Notes: generated from the sequence alone by a model not told the origin. Shown: positions 46,914 through 60,136, numbered from the whole stretch's first letter. The stretch: 61,019 nucleotides of DNA, filler included, from Porpidia crustulata (GCA_964255105.1; 4 parts of 4 records of this genome joined end to end with filler, not necessarily neighbours in it); one strand, 5' to 3'. A program made the numbers and translations.

Positions 46914-49171
46914 ATGGATGCTTTCAATACATCCCATAATCAATTACTCTTGGTCCATTGGGAATCTTTTTTGCAAAGAATCCAACAAGTCGGGGGACAA
47001 CACCCTCAGATTGACGGTCGAAGTTTAGATCTTGCAACAGTCATCGCAGTAGCAAGGTACTCATTAATTCCTCTTCTCCTAACCAAACTCTAAACTTGAG
47101 AGGCATGGCGTATATCCCCAAGTCAGCGAAGCTGCGATGCAGGCGATCAGCCGAAGCGCAGAAGCTGTCAATGATAGTTTAGTCAACGGTCAAGTCGTTT
47201 ACGGTCAGTAGCATAACCGTATTTAAGCCCCACCACCTGATACCGTAATGTGTAGGTGTAAACACAGGATTTGGAGGCAGTGCAGACACGCGGACAGAAG
47301 GAATTGAAGAATTGCAGCGAGAGCTCATTCGAGGACTTCACTATGGCATACTTGTCCAGCAGAAGCAACCAAAGAGCGAAAACCATGTGGATGATGTCGC
47401 ATCACTTCTTGCCGGAACGGCTTTACCATTAAATGATCCGATTGCTTCGACGGCAATGCCCGAGGCATGGGTTCGCGCTTCCATGCTCATCCGTTTGAAC
47501 AGCTTAGCAAGCGGTGTATCTGGCGTCAAAGGTTCCACAATAGAAACCCTTGCCCAGCTTCTGGAAAGAGATGTCGTTCCGATGATCCCCCTCCGAGGCA
47601 GTATATCGGCTTCTGGTGACCTTAGTCCTTTATCGTATCTAGGAGGCCTCATGCAAGGCAAACCATCAATTACCGCATGGACTGGGAGCAAATCCTTAGG
47701 GCAGCGACGGATCGACAGAGCAGATCGTGTGCTGGCCGAACTATCCATTGTTCCAGTCAAATTTGGAGCTAAGGAAGGTCTGGCGATTGTGAATGGTACC
47801 GCGATTTCAGCCAGTGTTGGAGCTTTGGCAATACATGAAGCTCATTGCCAGGCTGCTCTATCTCAATTACTGACCGCCATGACGGTAGAAGCATTATGCG
47901 GGACAGATGAGAGTTTTGACCCTTTTTTTGCACAAGTCCGTCCTCATCCAGGCCAGGCAGAGTCGGCGAGAAACATTCACGCTTTCTTAGCCGAATCAAA
48001 ACTTGTATATCGGAGTGACGGTTCAGAGGAGTCGTCTTTGCGACAAGATAGATACTCTATCCGAACCGCATCACAATGGATTGGACCTGTTCTTGAAGAT
48101 CTCTTATTAGCTCACCAGCAAGTAATGATCGAGGTCAACTCGGTCACCGATAACCCCCTTATTGATCCCTCAAGTAAGAAAATATTGCATGGGGGTAATT
48201 TTCAGGCAAAAGCAATCACCTCTGCCATGGAAAAAGTGCGCCAAGCATGCCAAACGATTGGACGGATGCTCTCTGTCCAGTGCACAGAGCTTATCAACCC
48301 AGCCACGAATCGAGGGCTACCGCCAAATCTTGTAGTCGATGAGCCTAGCGAGTCTTTTCTCTGGAAAGGAACTGATATAATGATTGCAGCTCTGCAATCT
48401 GAGTTGGGATTCCTTGCCAATCCTGTCGGAAGTCATGTACAATCGGCAGAGATGGGCAATCAGGCGATCAATTCCTTGGCACTTATATCCGCACGATACA
48501 CTCTAGACGCTCTCGAAGTGTTATCTCAGCTTTCGGCGGCGCACTTGCTTGCTCTCTGCCAAGCATTGGACCTCCGGGCGATGAATCTGAAATTCATAGA
48601 ATCTTTGAGAGGACAATTCAAGGATATTCTACGGGATACCTTTGGGCAAGTCATCGGGCAAGAGGCCAAGCTCGACGCCACATCCATAGGTCTATGGAAT
48701 GATTTTACGAAACGGCTGAACGAGACCAGTGGCATGGATTCCTCTCGGCGATTTCAAGCCTTGGCATGGTCGTTGCAACCTTTAATCCTCCAATCTGTCC
48801 CTAAACATTTGGAGACACTCGAAGCTCTAGACAAGTGGACGCAAAGCTTCTCAAATGCAGCAGCAGCATTATTTATCAGCAACCGAGATGAATACATACT
48901 TCATCCCGATGCAACGCCGTACCTCGGCGTGGCTTCAGCTCAGATGTATAGGTTTGTCCGGAGAAGACTCCAAGTGCCTTTTGTGCAGGAAGCTACCATA
49001 AGCACCCCTAAGGCCGAGAACATCGAGATCCAAATCGGCTATATGGATGGATTTGATGCGGGAAGCACCCCCACTATGGGGACTTTCGCTACAACAATTT
49101 ATGAGTCCATGCGGTCAGGCGAGCTGTACGCTACGATTATGGATTGTCTGCAAGAAGTGAAGTCGGAATAG
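46914..49171 (+). CDS. PAL: Phenylalanine ammonia-lyase family enzyme (MIO-dependent), 3 exons
   Basis: IDGRSLDLATVIAVAR, YGVNTGFGGSADTRT, MIO motif SISASGDLSPLSY, KEGLAIVNGT, RPHPGQ, LRQDRYSIRT, TDNPLID, PAL-type GGNFQA (HAL has GGNFH), NQAINSLALISAR. Confidence 0.93.
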
Positions 49172-49381
49172 CTTTACCTAGATGACCATGTTGCGCAGTG
49201 TATGAAAATAGTCTCATTGAGCCAGTTGACCAGCTCATTGAAAACGGCGGAGAGTCCACCGCCTCTGGTAAGAACAGTGCCGGGTCGGACGCTGAGACGT
49301 TAGCGTATACATGTTCCTTGAGAAACCTTAATGGAGGGCTACGATTCTGAATTACGGTAGCAGAACGGTATCATCTGCGCG

Positions 49382-49520
49382 TACTCGTTCCCACCCCCAA
49401 ACGGTCCGCACCCCCAAACAGTCCGCCCTACCTAGGGTTAGGGCTGCAGCGTAGGGTTAGGGTTATATTGACTAATCTTAATTAGCGCGGACCGTTTGGG
49501 GGTGCGGACCGTTTGGGGGT
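49382..49520. mobile_element. Miniature pogo/Fot1-like inverted-repeat element with internal telomere-like repeats
   Basis: TACTCGTTCCC followed by a 17-bp unit ACCCCCAAAC(G/A)GTCCGC twice (49393-49426); inverted GCGGACCGTTTGGGGGT twice (49487-49520); TAGGGTTAGGG at 49433-49443 and TAGGGTTAGGGTTA at 49452-49465. Confidence 0.75.
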
Positions 49521-50122
49521 CCAGTGGGTGAATCTGAAGAGCAAGACGTCAACGGCCAGTACCGTCTGAGGAGCGCGAAGGGCGATGAACTTGAATGAGT
49601 AGAGTGACAAGATGAGTAATTCTCAACTTGAGAGAAGATTCTGTTTGGAAGAAACATTGTACATTCTTTCTCAGTTAGTTTCGAGATTGTCTTCAAAAGC
49701 GGAAAGAAAACACTCTTCAATCCCCCTTGTACAGAAAATCATTTATGAGAAATTCCCCGCCACCCCGCATTGACTGCCACACTGCTTCCGTGCTCCCGTA
49801 AGGCTAACGGCGACTAAAGCTCGCTAAAGATCGGAGGTCGGCGTTTGTCTGTCACCGGACAAGCCGAGGCCGTCAGCGTTCGCAACATGTCAAAGTTTTT
49901 GATGTAATTTAGTTTTCTCTTTCATTCAACATATACTTTTTTCCTTTATCCAACGTCAATGTCGCAGTCTACTCGATCACTCGCTTTCTACTTCTAACCT
50001 ATACACCTGTTGGTTTCGTTCACGGCTGCGCCTTTACTGCAGGCTACATCTTGATACGCATCAACCGTCGCCCTTGCCCAATCACACCTTTCACTCCGCA
50101 TATCGCGAAGCTTCGAGCTACT

Positions 50123-51223
50123 ATGAGGGTCAGAGTGCGTGGCCCTGCGGGCCAGTCTGTGGTAACGTTTCTTGAGAGAAGTACTGTGGCAGACCTCGAG
50201 CAGCAAATAAAAGAGAAGACCTTAATTTCCGATTACGATATAAAATATGGCTATCCACCGAAGCCTCTGCTTTTAGACCAGTATCGAGCAACAACGCAGC
50301 TCAGCGACCTTGGAATCAAGCTGGATGGGGAACAACTAATAGTCAGTGAGAAATTTGCGCCTCCACCCCAGACATCAAGCACGAGCACATCAACGTCCCA
50401 CATACAAAATGCCGCCATGCAATCACAATCATCGAATAAAACAATTCCTACCTCGCCTTCACATGCCTCTACTGGTACCAGCAAATCTTCAGCGGAAGAC
50501 ATGACTAAGAAATCTAGAAGCCCCAGCAAACCCCTATCCCTAGCCCGCAAGCCCACCACCTCATCCCTCGAACCTCCCGAACTTCCCCTCCCTACACACA
50601 ATTCTACCCTCGTCCTACGAATCATGCCGGACGACAACAGCTGCCTCTTCCGTGCCTTCGGCAGCGCCTTCTTCGGCGCCATGGACAACATGACCGAACT
50701 CCGCTCCATCATCGCGCAGCAAATCCAAGCCAGCCCAGACGTCTACAGTGCAGTAGTGCTTGACAAGGAGCCAGACGACTACTGCCGCTGGATACAGACC
50801 GAAGACGCGTGGGGCGGAGCTATAGAACTAGACATACTAAGCCGCCACTTCGAAATCGAAATCTGCAGCATCGACGTCCAGACCCTCCGCGTCGACAGGT
50901 TCAACGAGGGGAAACCGACAAGGTGCATACTCGTGTACTCGGGCATACATTACGACACTATCGCCCTCTCGCCTTCAGATCCGCCATACAAGAGCTCGTA
51001 TGCACCTCCGGAATTCGATACAAAGATCTTCGATGCCCAGGATACCGTGATCTTGGATACGGCGGTCGAGCTTTGCAGGGTCTTGCAGGGGCGGCACTAC
51101 TTTACGGATACGGCCAAGTTTAGCATAATGTGCGGTCAGTGTAAAGAGCGCTTTGTTGGGGAAACGGGGGCGTTGGAGCATGCAAAGCAAACGGGGCATT
51201 GGGATTTCGGGGAGGTCGATTGA
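50123..51223 (+). CDS. OTU1: Ubiquitin thioesterase Otu1/YOD1
   Basis: N-terminal UBX-like domain (YDIKYGYPPKPL); catalytic MPDDNSCLFRA, WGGAIEL, YSGIHYD; C-terminal zinc finger CGQC..H....GH. Confidence 0.94.
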   Translation: MRVRVRGPAGQSVVTFLERSTVADLEQQIKEKTLISDYDIKYGYPPKPLLLDQYRATTQLSDLGIKLDGEQLIVSEKFAPPPQTSSTSTSTSHIQNAAMQSQSSNKTIPTSPSHASTGTSKSSAEDMTKKSRSPSKPLSLARKPTTSSLEPPELPLPTHNSTLVLRIMPDDNSCLFRAFGSAFFGAMDNMTELRSIIAQQIQASPDVYSAVVLDKEPDDYCRWIQTEDAWGGAIELDILSRHFEIEICSIDVQTLRVDRFNEGKPTRCILVYSGIHYDTIALSPSDPPYKSSYAPPEFDTKIFDAQDTVILDTAVELCRVLQGRHYFTDTAKFSIMCGQCKERFVGETGALEHAKQTGHWDFGEVD

Positions 51224-51522
51224 GCATTTAATAATAAGGCGACTATCCGGTGGCGAGGATTCTGCTCTTGGGCGGCTTAAGCGTTTAAAGCCATTGCATA
51301 TGGAGCTGAATTCCTGAACAGGAAGCGTCTACATTAGCGAGAGCCATGGAATCGTACATTTCACATCTTCGGAGCACTCATTATGAGACAATCCTGACCG
51401 GAAATACGGAGATTTTCTGTCTCATTTGCCAACGTAGAATTATTTCTACATTGGTATCCTGCTAGCGCCTTGCCAAATCAAATCGCAAACCTGCCGAATA
51501 CTGCACGCGAAAAAGTTCAACT

Positions 51523-53222
51523 TCACTCTTTGTTCTTTTTACTTTTCTTCACCTTTTTTCTATCCTCTCCATCCCCGTTGACTTCACTATGCTTCCTCTT
51601 CTTCTTTTCCTTCTTCTCCTTCTTTTCGCTCTTCTCCTTCTTATCCCTTTTCTGCTTCTCCTGCTTCTGGACCGCTCGTGGTGCCACATCCGCCATATCC
51701 TCGTCGCTGTCAACGTGGGCGGTCGTGTCGTCGATATTGATATCGGCGAGAACGGAATCCATGGCGTTTTTCTTAGCTTTGTCAGTATGATCTTCGCGCG
51801 AGGGGGAAAGAGTAGGGAGGGTTCATACCATGGCAAGTTCGTTCTTTGTAGGCGGCACCCCGGAATCGTAGAACTTCAGTCGCTCTTCTACTTGTACCCT
51901 AAGGGCATCGCCAAATTTCGTTGTAGGTGCCTCGGAGAAATTATCTATCCTTGATGCGATGGAGCACTTGTTCGACAAGAACCTTGATATGCGACCCTTG
52001 TTTTTTTGCCCTGCCCTGCCAATGAATGATGAGTGATATATCAGGCCGTATTTTGGCGTGTTTCCCTTTGTTTTTAGGGCTCTAAATAAGGCCTTTTCTG
52101 CACCGAGAATTTGGAGTGTGGATGCTGGGTATTTGCATAAGCTGGTGAGGCTGCCAGCATGTGATATCAAGCGGGCTCCGACAATTTCTCCAATCAGTGC
52201 GGCGAGATTAGGAGCTACAACGCCCATTTTGGAGATGAGGTAGGCGTGGAGGGTCTTCCGGTACTTCGAAAGACTGACGACTCGTGCAGCGAAAGTGGTA
52301 ACATTTTCCATGTCGGCTTCGGAAATATCCTGGCCCATACTGACCTTTGCTGCGTCAATGATGCTTTGCGCAATTTCCGCGTCGTCATCGACTTGCTCCG
52401 CTAGGGAATGTAGGTCTGCGTCTGAAAGGCGCTTTTTGTCCCCGATAAAGAGGGCAAGGCGCGCATATTGCTGGTTTTCGGAAACGATGCGGATGAGTTC
52501 TGGGAAGTGCCACGAGTACCATTCTCGCACACGCATCGAGAACGTGTTTATAGCTTTGTCGAGGTGATCCAACGTCGCGATTGCCTGGATGATGTGGTTG
52601 TCGTTTCTCTGTACGCTGAACTTGACCCTAGCTCTTGAATAGGCGTGTCCGAGACCAAGCTGTGCGCGCTCAACATCACCCTCCTGCAATTGCTTCAAAA
52701 GCTTTGGCGCATGCTGTCTGATGCCCCGCAGCATGTCTGCTACTATCTCGCTTGTGTCCCCTGTTTCGCATTCGACGCCCGGAAAAGCGGCCTTTACGCT
52801 ACCTGCGATATTTCTTTCTGAGACACCCAGTGTAATCTTTGTTTTCTTCCCCACCTTTGGTAAGTTGAGCTCTAGCAGCGAAATGAGATATTCCGAAGCA
52901 ATGCCCTCCGAAATGTCATTCGCATTCTCTAAAGCTTGAGCTGCTCCTCTGCCGATGGTTTCAGCTTCGCTATGCCCCTCTCTAATTACAACGAAACTTA
53001 CTGAAACGGCGCGAAACTAAGGAGCTTGATCATCTTGCCAAATTTTGCAAGATCCTAGATACTATTAGTGGTGTCTCTCAATATGGAAATTTTCACTCAG
53101 TAACACACCTGGACAGACTCTTGTACCTCCTTCAGTCGATTCCCAACCGTATCTGGTTGGTGGACGACTTGAAATATTGCATAGCCTACAGGAGACTCGT
53201 GAAGTAGATAGTTGACCGACAT
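51523..53222 (-). CDS. NOP56: Box C/D snoRNP protein Nop56
   Basis: [72 protein letters not shown]; lysine/glutamate-rich tail. Confidence 0.95.
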
Positions 53223-53604
53223 CTTGAGCTGCTCCGGAGGTGTCGAGAACAGGGATTACTTGGTATTTTTGAAAGCCAACCTTTTATCAGACCCTAGAGC
53301 TAGTTGGTTTGATGATGTACCTTGCAGATAACATGTGGCAGCTCTTTGTTTTTTGTCAATTGCGTGGGATGTTCTTTTATTGCACAATGGAAATCTCAGG
53401 CCTCGCTTGATTTAAGTTTCTAGCTCAGCCCTACAAGGCTTCGGGCCAAGGCAGCGTGACCGCCGCCGCGTCAAAATATTCTTTTCTAAACGCGCTTGGT
53501 GAACAGTATTTCCACTTCCGGCCTTCATGCACTAAGGCTATTCCTGACATATTGAAAACCTTACTGCTGCGATTTGAGCCCAAGATCCCAGTCTTAGTAG
53601 CATC

Positions 53605-55710
53605 ATGTCAGCCGCTCAGCTTTTAAATCCCAAGGCCGAGTCAAGGGTACGCTCTATTCCCTGTATCTCATAGAAACCTGTACTAATTGATTAAGCGACG
53701 AGGAGAAGCTTTGAAGGTCAATATATCCGCCGGGGAAGGTCTTCAAGATGTTCTCAAGTCGAATTTGGGGCCTCTTGGAACTATCAAGATGTATGTTCTG
53801 CACAGAAGCCACTATGGTGGGTTTGAAAATAAGTAGCTTACGCACGAGTCAAGGCTTGTCGACGGTGCGGGATCAGTCTGTGATCACTGAAGGTGCCTAC
53901 TAAGAAACGATAGAGGCTTATAGTCATCGCAGATAAAACTGACGAAAGATGGCAATGTCTTACTTAGAGAAATGGTCAGCATATTCAAAACCTCCCATTT
54001 GAAAGCAAGGCTAACAAGTCACAGCAAATTCAGAATCCAACTGCAGTATGTGCAAGTACTCTAACTGATTCGAAAGCGCGCTAAAGTGTAAAGGTGATGA
54101 TTGCTAGAGCAGCAACAGCACAGGATGATATCACAGGAGATGGGACAACCTCGGTTGTCCTTATGGTTGGAGAACTTCTAAAGCAGGCGGATAGATACAT
54201 AGCTGAAGGGCTGCATCCCCGTATCATAACAGACGGCTACGAGATCGCAAAGACAGAAACATTAAAGGTATGATCACTGCGACGATATGATTATCTCGAG
54301 CTAATATCTCCCACTCAGTTTTTAGATTCTTTCAAGCTGCAAAAGGAAGTTGACCGCGAACTTTTGCTCTCTGTTGCCCGAACATCTCTGGCCACCAAAC
54401 TCAATGCGTCTCTTGCCGAAAAGCTAACACCCGCGATTGTTGACGCTGTACTGTCCATCTACCATCCTCCCGCAAAGCCAGACCTTTTCATGATTGAAAT
54501 CATGAAAATGCAACATCGGACCGCCTCCGACACTTCACTTATTAAAGGGCTCGCACTTGACCATGGTGCAAGGCATCCTGACATGCCCAAGCGTGTAGAA
54601 AATGCCTTTATTCTAACTCTAAACGTCAGTCTTGAGTATGAGAAATCCGAAGTTAACTCCGGCTTTTACTACTCGAGCGCAGAGCAACGTGACAAGCTTG
54701 TGGAGAGCGAGAGGAGGTTCGTAGACGACAAGCTTCGCAAGATCGTCGAACTAAAGAAGGAGGTGTGTGGCAACGATCCGAAGAAAGGATTTGTGATCAT
54801 CAACCAGAAAGGCATAGATCCATTAAGTTTGGATGTCCTAGTAAAAAACGGAATTTTTGCGCTCCGAAGAGCTAAAAGGAGAAACATGGAGAGATTGCAG
54901 CTTGTTTGTGGTGGTACGGCGCAGAACAGTGTAGACGATTTGACTCCTGACGTCCTGGGGTGGGCCGGCTTGGTCTATGAACATCAATTGGGGGAAGAAA
55001 AATATACTTTCATTGTGAGTAGTTTGCGGGTCCTGGAATAATTGCAAACGCTGAACCGCCGTTTTCAGGAGGACGTCAAAGATCCGAAATCGGTCACTCT
55101 ACTGATCAAAGGACCAAATACTCACACGACAACGCAAATAGCCGACGCCGTGCGTGATGGTCTACGCAGTGTATACAACATGATAGTAGACAAGAGCGTG
55201 GTCCCAGGAGCTGGAGCTTTTCAAATCGCATGTGCTGCTCATCTTTCAAGCGAGTCGTTCAGAAAGACAATCAAGGGTAAGGCAAAATACGGGGTCTCGG
55301 CTTTCGCAGATGCGCTTCTCATAATACCAAAGACCCTAGCTGCGAATGCTGGGCATGACATTCAAGATTGCTGTGAGAATTCACTTTCCAAGAATTTGAT
55401 ATGACATGTGCTGACAATCACGATCAGTGGTTAAGCTGCAACACGAGCAAGTCGAAGGTAATATTGTTGGACTTGATCTTACCACGGGAGAACCGATGGA
55501 TCCGGTCCAAGCGGGTGTATATGATTCTTTTCGGGTCCTTCGAAATTGCATTGCATCAAGCTCGGGGATAGCTTCGAATTTACTGCTGTGTGACGAGCTG
55601 CTGAAAGCAAGACAGATGGTGAGCTTCGTTGTATTGTAAATGATACATCAAGTACTAATCGGAGACAGGGACGACCACAAGGCCCAGGTCCAGGGGAAGG
55701 AGAGGGATGA
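53605..55710 (+). CDS. CCT6: Chaperonin CCT/TRiC subunit zeta
   Basis: [57 protein letters not shown]; multiple canonical introns. Confidence 0.96.
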
Positions 55711-56521
55711 TTGGATCTGAAGATTTCATAGTTGTGCAACTCAGATTATGTATGATGATATCGTAGATTAGACCTTGTGTGGATTAATCTGCATCTTGCA
55801 TCATCTGATGTTCTATTGATATTGTTGACCACAGAAGATCGAATAAAGCATGACAGGTAAGGTCGAGGGGGCGGAAGGGGGCCAGAGCGACGGTGGCATC
55901 AATGTGGTGGGGGCTACAAAAATTCAGAACAGGTGATGCTTTACCAAACGAAGAGATTCACTTCTAGGGTTCTTACGAAATGCCCCTCTATAGTTCCTGA
56001 AATAAGCTAGATTGTAAAGCTCTCGCAGCGATTAGGATTAAGCAGATAAGCAAAGGACCTCGTCCTTTCTCCGTTCTGGCAAACTTGAATTCCCGTTTCG
56101 TTTAGCGTCACATTGACCATGACATGCTGACTTTGTGCATCCCTTGGTCAGCTTAAATCCCTTTCACATAGCCAAGTAATTGGCATCAGGCTATGGTTGG
56201 TTGTGGGTGAGAAATGGATGGCAAGAAAGTGGGTGACTGGCAGATCTGCAAACGGCCCCGCCCCCACGACGGCAATCGCTTCTGCCGACAACGGTATGCC
56301 AAGAACTCCGCCAAGCAAAGAAAAGGAGCACGCGAGGCGCGACTCACATACATGACTACGCCCATCATTGCATCGTCGTTCGCTCTGGTATTACCACGGA
56401 CCAGCTCCTAACTAGGACTCAATGACAGAACCGCCCTCCAAGCTATCTACGAGCTCTAGGGGTACCATTGCCCTGGCCTCCGTATCGCTCCCTAGGCCTT
56501 GAAAGCCACCTCTTGTTCACG

Positions 56522-59500
56522 ATGCTTCGATTACGAAGATACAGGGTCTTCCTTATCTTCGCAGTGATTGCGCTTGGGACTTTCTATCATTTCAGCTCTC
56601 TGGGAGGTCTGCGGAACGCAGGAGCCTCCAGCGTGGAAGGACTGAGGAACTTTGGTTCGAAGAATAAGGATCACGAAATCAAGGAGATTACCACCACAAC
56701 CTCAAATTCAGAGCTAACCGAGACGAAAACGCAAGTTCTTGTCAGTGATGGTAATGCCAGATCTACCACAATCTCGGACAAGGTTGCACTATCACCCAGC
56801 CCTTCAGTGACCCCCACCGCGAACAGCTTAGTTACTTCAGCGACCAGTGTTTCCACAAGTCGTACTGCCACAAGACTCGCCAATGGTAGCGGTCTGCCGG
56901 GTGCGAAGAATGCCTCCACTACTGCGGTGCCCGCTAGGGTTGGGTCGGGCCCTGCGGACCCATTAATTGATCCTCAGCGGGGGGAAGGAAGACAAGAGGT
57001 GATTGAAGACAATGAAAGACCGAAGATACATTGGACAAGGTATCCCGAGCATTTCCCGATTCCCTCAGAAAGCCTTACGCCACTTCCCACTGCAAGGCCA
57101 AGGCCGATACCAAAGATCCAACATGACTTTCCTGAGGAGTCAGCTGAGGACAAGGTTGATCGACAAGAGAAGCTACAACAAATTAAGAAGACCTTTGAGT
57201 TCTCTTGGGATGGATACGTTAAAAACGCTTGGATGCAAGACGAGTTATTACCAGTATCAGGGCAGTATCGGAACCCATTTTGCGGATGGGCTGCAACTTT
57301 GGTAGACAGTCTGGATACGCTATGGATGATGGGCATGATTGATCAATTCGAAAATGCCACCACTGCAGTCAAAAACATAGACTTCACCACCAGCCCAAGG
57401 AAGGACATCCCTATGTTTGAGACGACCATCAGATATCTTGGCGGCCTTCTTGGCGCCTTTGATATAAGTGGGGGTAAGCATATGATCCTTCTGGATAAGG
57501 CTGTCGAGCTAGCTGAGATCCTGATGGGAGCCTTTGACACTCCCAATCGTATGCCCATGACGTTTTACTATTGGCAACCTGCTTTCGCGTCACAACCACA
57601 TCGGGCTCGTACTAGGGTAGTGTTAGCAGAACTGGGATCTATGTCTGTGGAATTTACCAGGCTTGCGCAAATCACAAAGGAAGATAAGTACTACGACGCA
57701 ATCGCTAGGATTACCAATGAATTCGAAATCTGGCAGAACAACACTAAAATTCCCGGATTATGGCCGAAGTCAGTGGACGCATCTGGTTGCAAGAAGCCAA
57801 GTTTACTATCAACGCCTGTCGATAAGTCTCTCACCAATGGACCTGGAAATCCTAAGGTTCAGTCTCCACAGCTTGTTGGTTCGCATGACCTGGAGGATGG
57901 AGAATGGGTTTGGCAGGGTAAGCAGATTAATAAGACTTCAATCATGAGAAAGATCGCGTCGAAAGACTCTCCAGAAATTACCAAGGCACCCAAAGAACAA
58001 GGTGCTTCCAATTCTGAAGACATGAATAACCCACTAGCTGATTCGCCTGCATGGTTGACTGCTAAGAGTAAAGGTCATTCGCATGAAGAACCGGCCGGCC
58101 CATCGGGAGCAACTGATGATACTTCAAAGGCGTCTTCTAAAACCAGCGATGCGATCGCACATTTGGACCATAGTGCTGATAAGCGACAGCTGGAAGATGA
58201 GGTGCCTTCATCGACGAGTGAGTCTCCAAAGCAAGCAGATTGCGAACCGCAGGGATTTGCTTCACCACCAAATATTTACAACGAAGACTTCACCATTGGC
58301 GGCCAAGCCGATTCCGTTTACGAGTACCTTCCGAAAGAGTATATGCTGCTTGGCGGTCTTGAAGAGAAGTATCGTACCATGTACGAAGCGACACTTGCGC
58401 CCATTGAGAAGCATCTTCTCTTTCGACCGATGATCCCTGATGAAAAACGAGACATCTTATTTGCGGGCTTATTAATCACAACCGGTAACATGGACAAACC
58501 CGAAGAAACACACTTGAAGCCCGAGAATACGCATCTGACTTGTTTCGCTGGCGGCATGTATGCCATCGGTGCCAAGATCTTTCGCCGTGATGGTGATCTG
58601 GACATTGCCAAAAAATTGACGGATGGCTGTGTGTGGTCATATGAAGCAACGGCAACGGGTATAATGCCGGAGGTTTTCCTAGGGATACCTTGCGATAGCA
58701 CCAAGACTTGTCCGTGGAACGTGACAAAGTGGTACGATGCCTTAGCTCCCAGAGGTTCAAAACAATATCGGGTTGATGATGCACCTGCAAAAGCCACGCA
58801 AGTTACTTTAGATGATAAGCCTAATGTGCCTGATCCGAAATCAGAAACCGAAGTACATCAAGCCAAATCGCTTGCGGACAAAACAAATAAGCTCCAGCAG
58901 GAAGAGAAATCGACAGCATCAACCTCAGCCACAACGAAAAGAAGCGTAGGGGTTGTCGTAGAGTCTACACCGGTTTCGGAGTCTCTAAAGAAGAGGCAGT
59001 TTGACCTGGAAGCAGAGACAGAGAAATTAATGGACAGCAAGGTTGCTAAAGTAGACAAGTCATTAAACAGCCTGGCCGCTACTTCTTCGAACCGCATACC
59101 AAGTAAAACGGAGGCAGATCCCGCGGTTATAAATCCGAAGGGTAACGGCAATGTTGGAAAACTTGCTACGGAAGAAGCCATTACGAAAGCAGATGTCACG
59201 GCCACCAATGAAGACCCATCTGTTAGACCGGTCGAGCCAGAGGTTCCTGAGTACACTCCGCCAGCAATACCCACGCAAGAAGAATACGCCAAATCTAGGA
59301 TAAGTGATGAGAGATTACCCGAAGGAATGATAAAGATCTGGAACAGTAAATACATTCTTAGGTAAGGGTCGCATTCTCCTTCCTAGTTTCACGCGCCTGT
59401 TGATAGCTTACTTCAATGCAGGCCTGAGGCTATTGAATCGGTCTTCATTATGTACCGAATTACCGGTGACAATTACTGGCGTGAGAAAGGGTGGGAAATG

Positions 59501-59765
59501 TTCTCCTCAATCCACAAGTACACTGCGTCCAACTTTGGCGCATCTGCCATCATAGATGTTACGAGTGAAATGCCACAGCCAACTGATGAAATGGAATCTT
59601 TCTGGCTGGCGGAGACATTAAAGTATTTTTATCTGCTGTTCAGCGAGCCAAGTGTTGTCAGCTTGGACGATTATGTACTGTGAGTAGATGCTCCAATTTT
59701 CCGATTTGATGTTTGCTAATTTTAATAGAAATACCGAAGCTCATCCTTTCAAACGACCCAAATAG
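56522..59765 (+). CDS. Class I alpha-1,2-mannosidase (GH47), type II membrane protein
   Basis: N-terminal TM segment; [97 protein letters not shown]. Confidence 0.94.
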
Positions 59766-60136
59766 GTAGAGGGCATGGGATGGCGTTGGTCTTTTGGGAA
59801 TCTTGATATGCTGGGGTCTCTAGATGCATTGACGCATCGAATCCCATGTATCTTTTTGTGCCGGTCATCGATTACATGCGTCCTTGTCCATAATTTACAT
59901 ATATCAGCGTCATTGGACAGCATTACTTTGTATGAATAAATTGTCAACTAGTAAACTCCCTAATACTGTAATTCATTCTCCATAACCTGACCTCTCGGAC
60001 CACCAGATCGTGCGATTTCACAAGATGGCAACTTATTCTCCAACAGAGCACCCATGACTTCCACTTTTTCCAAAATCCATGAGACCAGTCGTCAAACCTA
60101 GCCATGCTCTTGGAAAGATACCACGATACGTGAGAG

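Noticed and set aside
49433..49465. TTAGGG tracts as a chromosome end or fusion scar
   Set aside because: Only about two units per tract, enclosed by inverted repeats, in gene-dense sequence.
52950..53110. Intronic snoRNA in NOP56
   Set aside because: The introns are only about 50-55 nt and lack paired C/D boxes.
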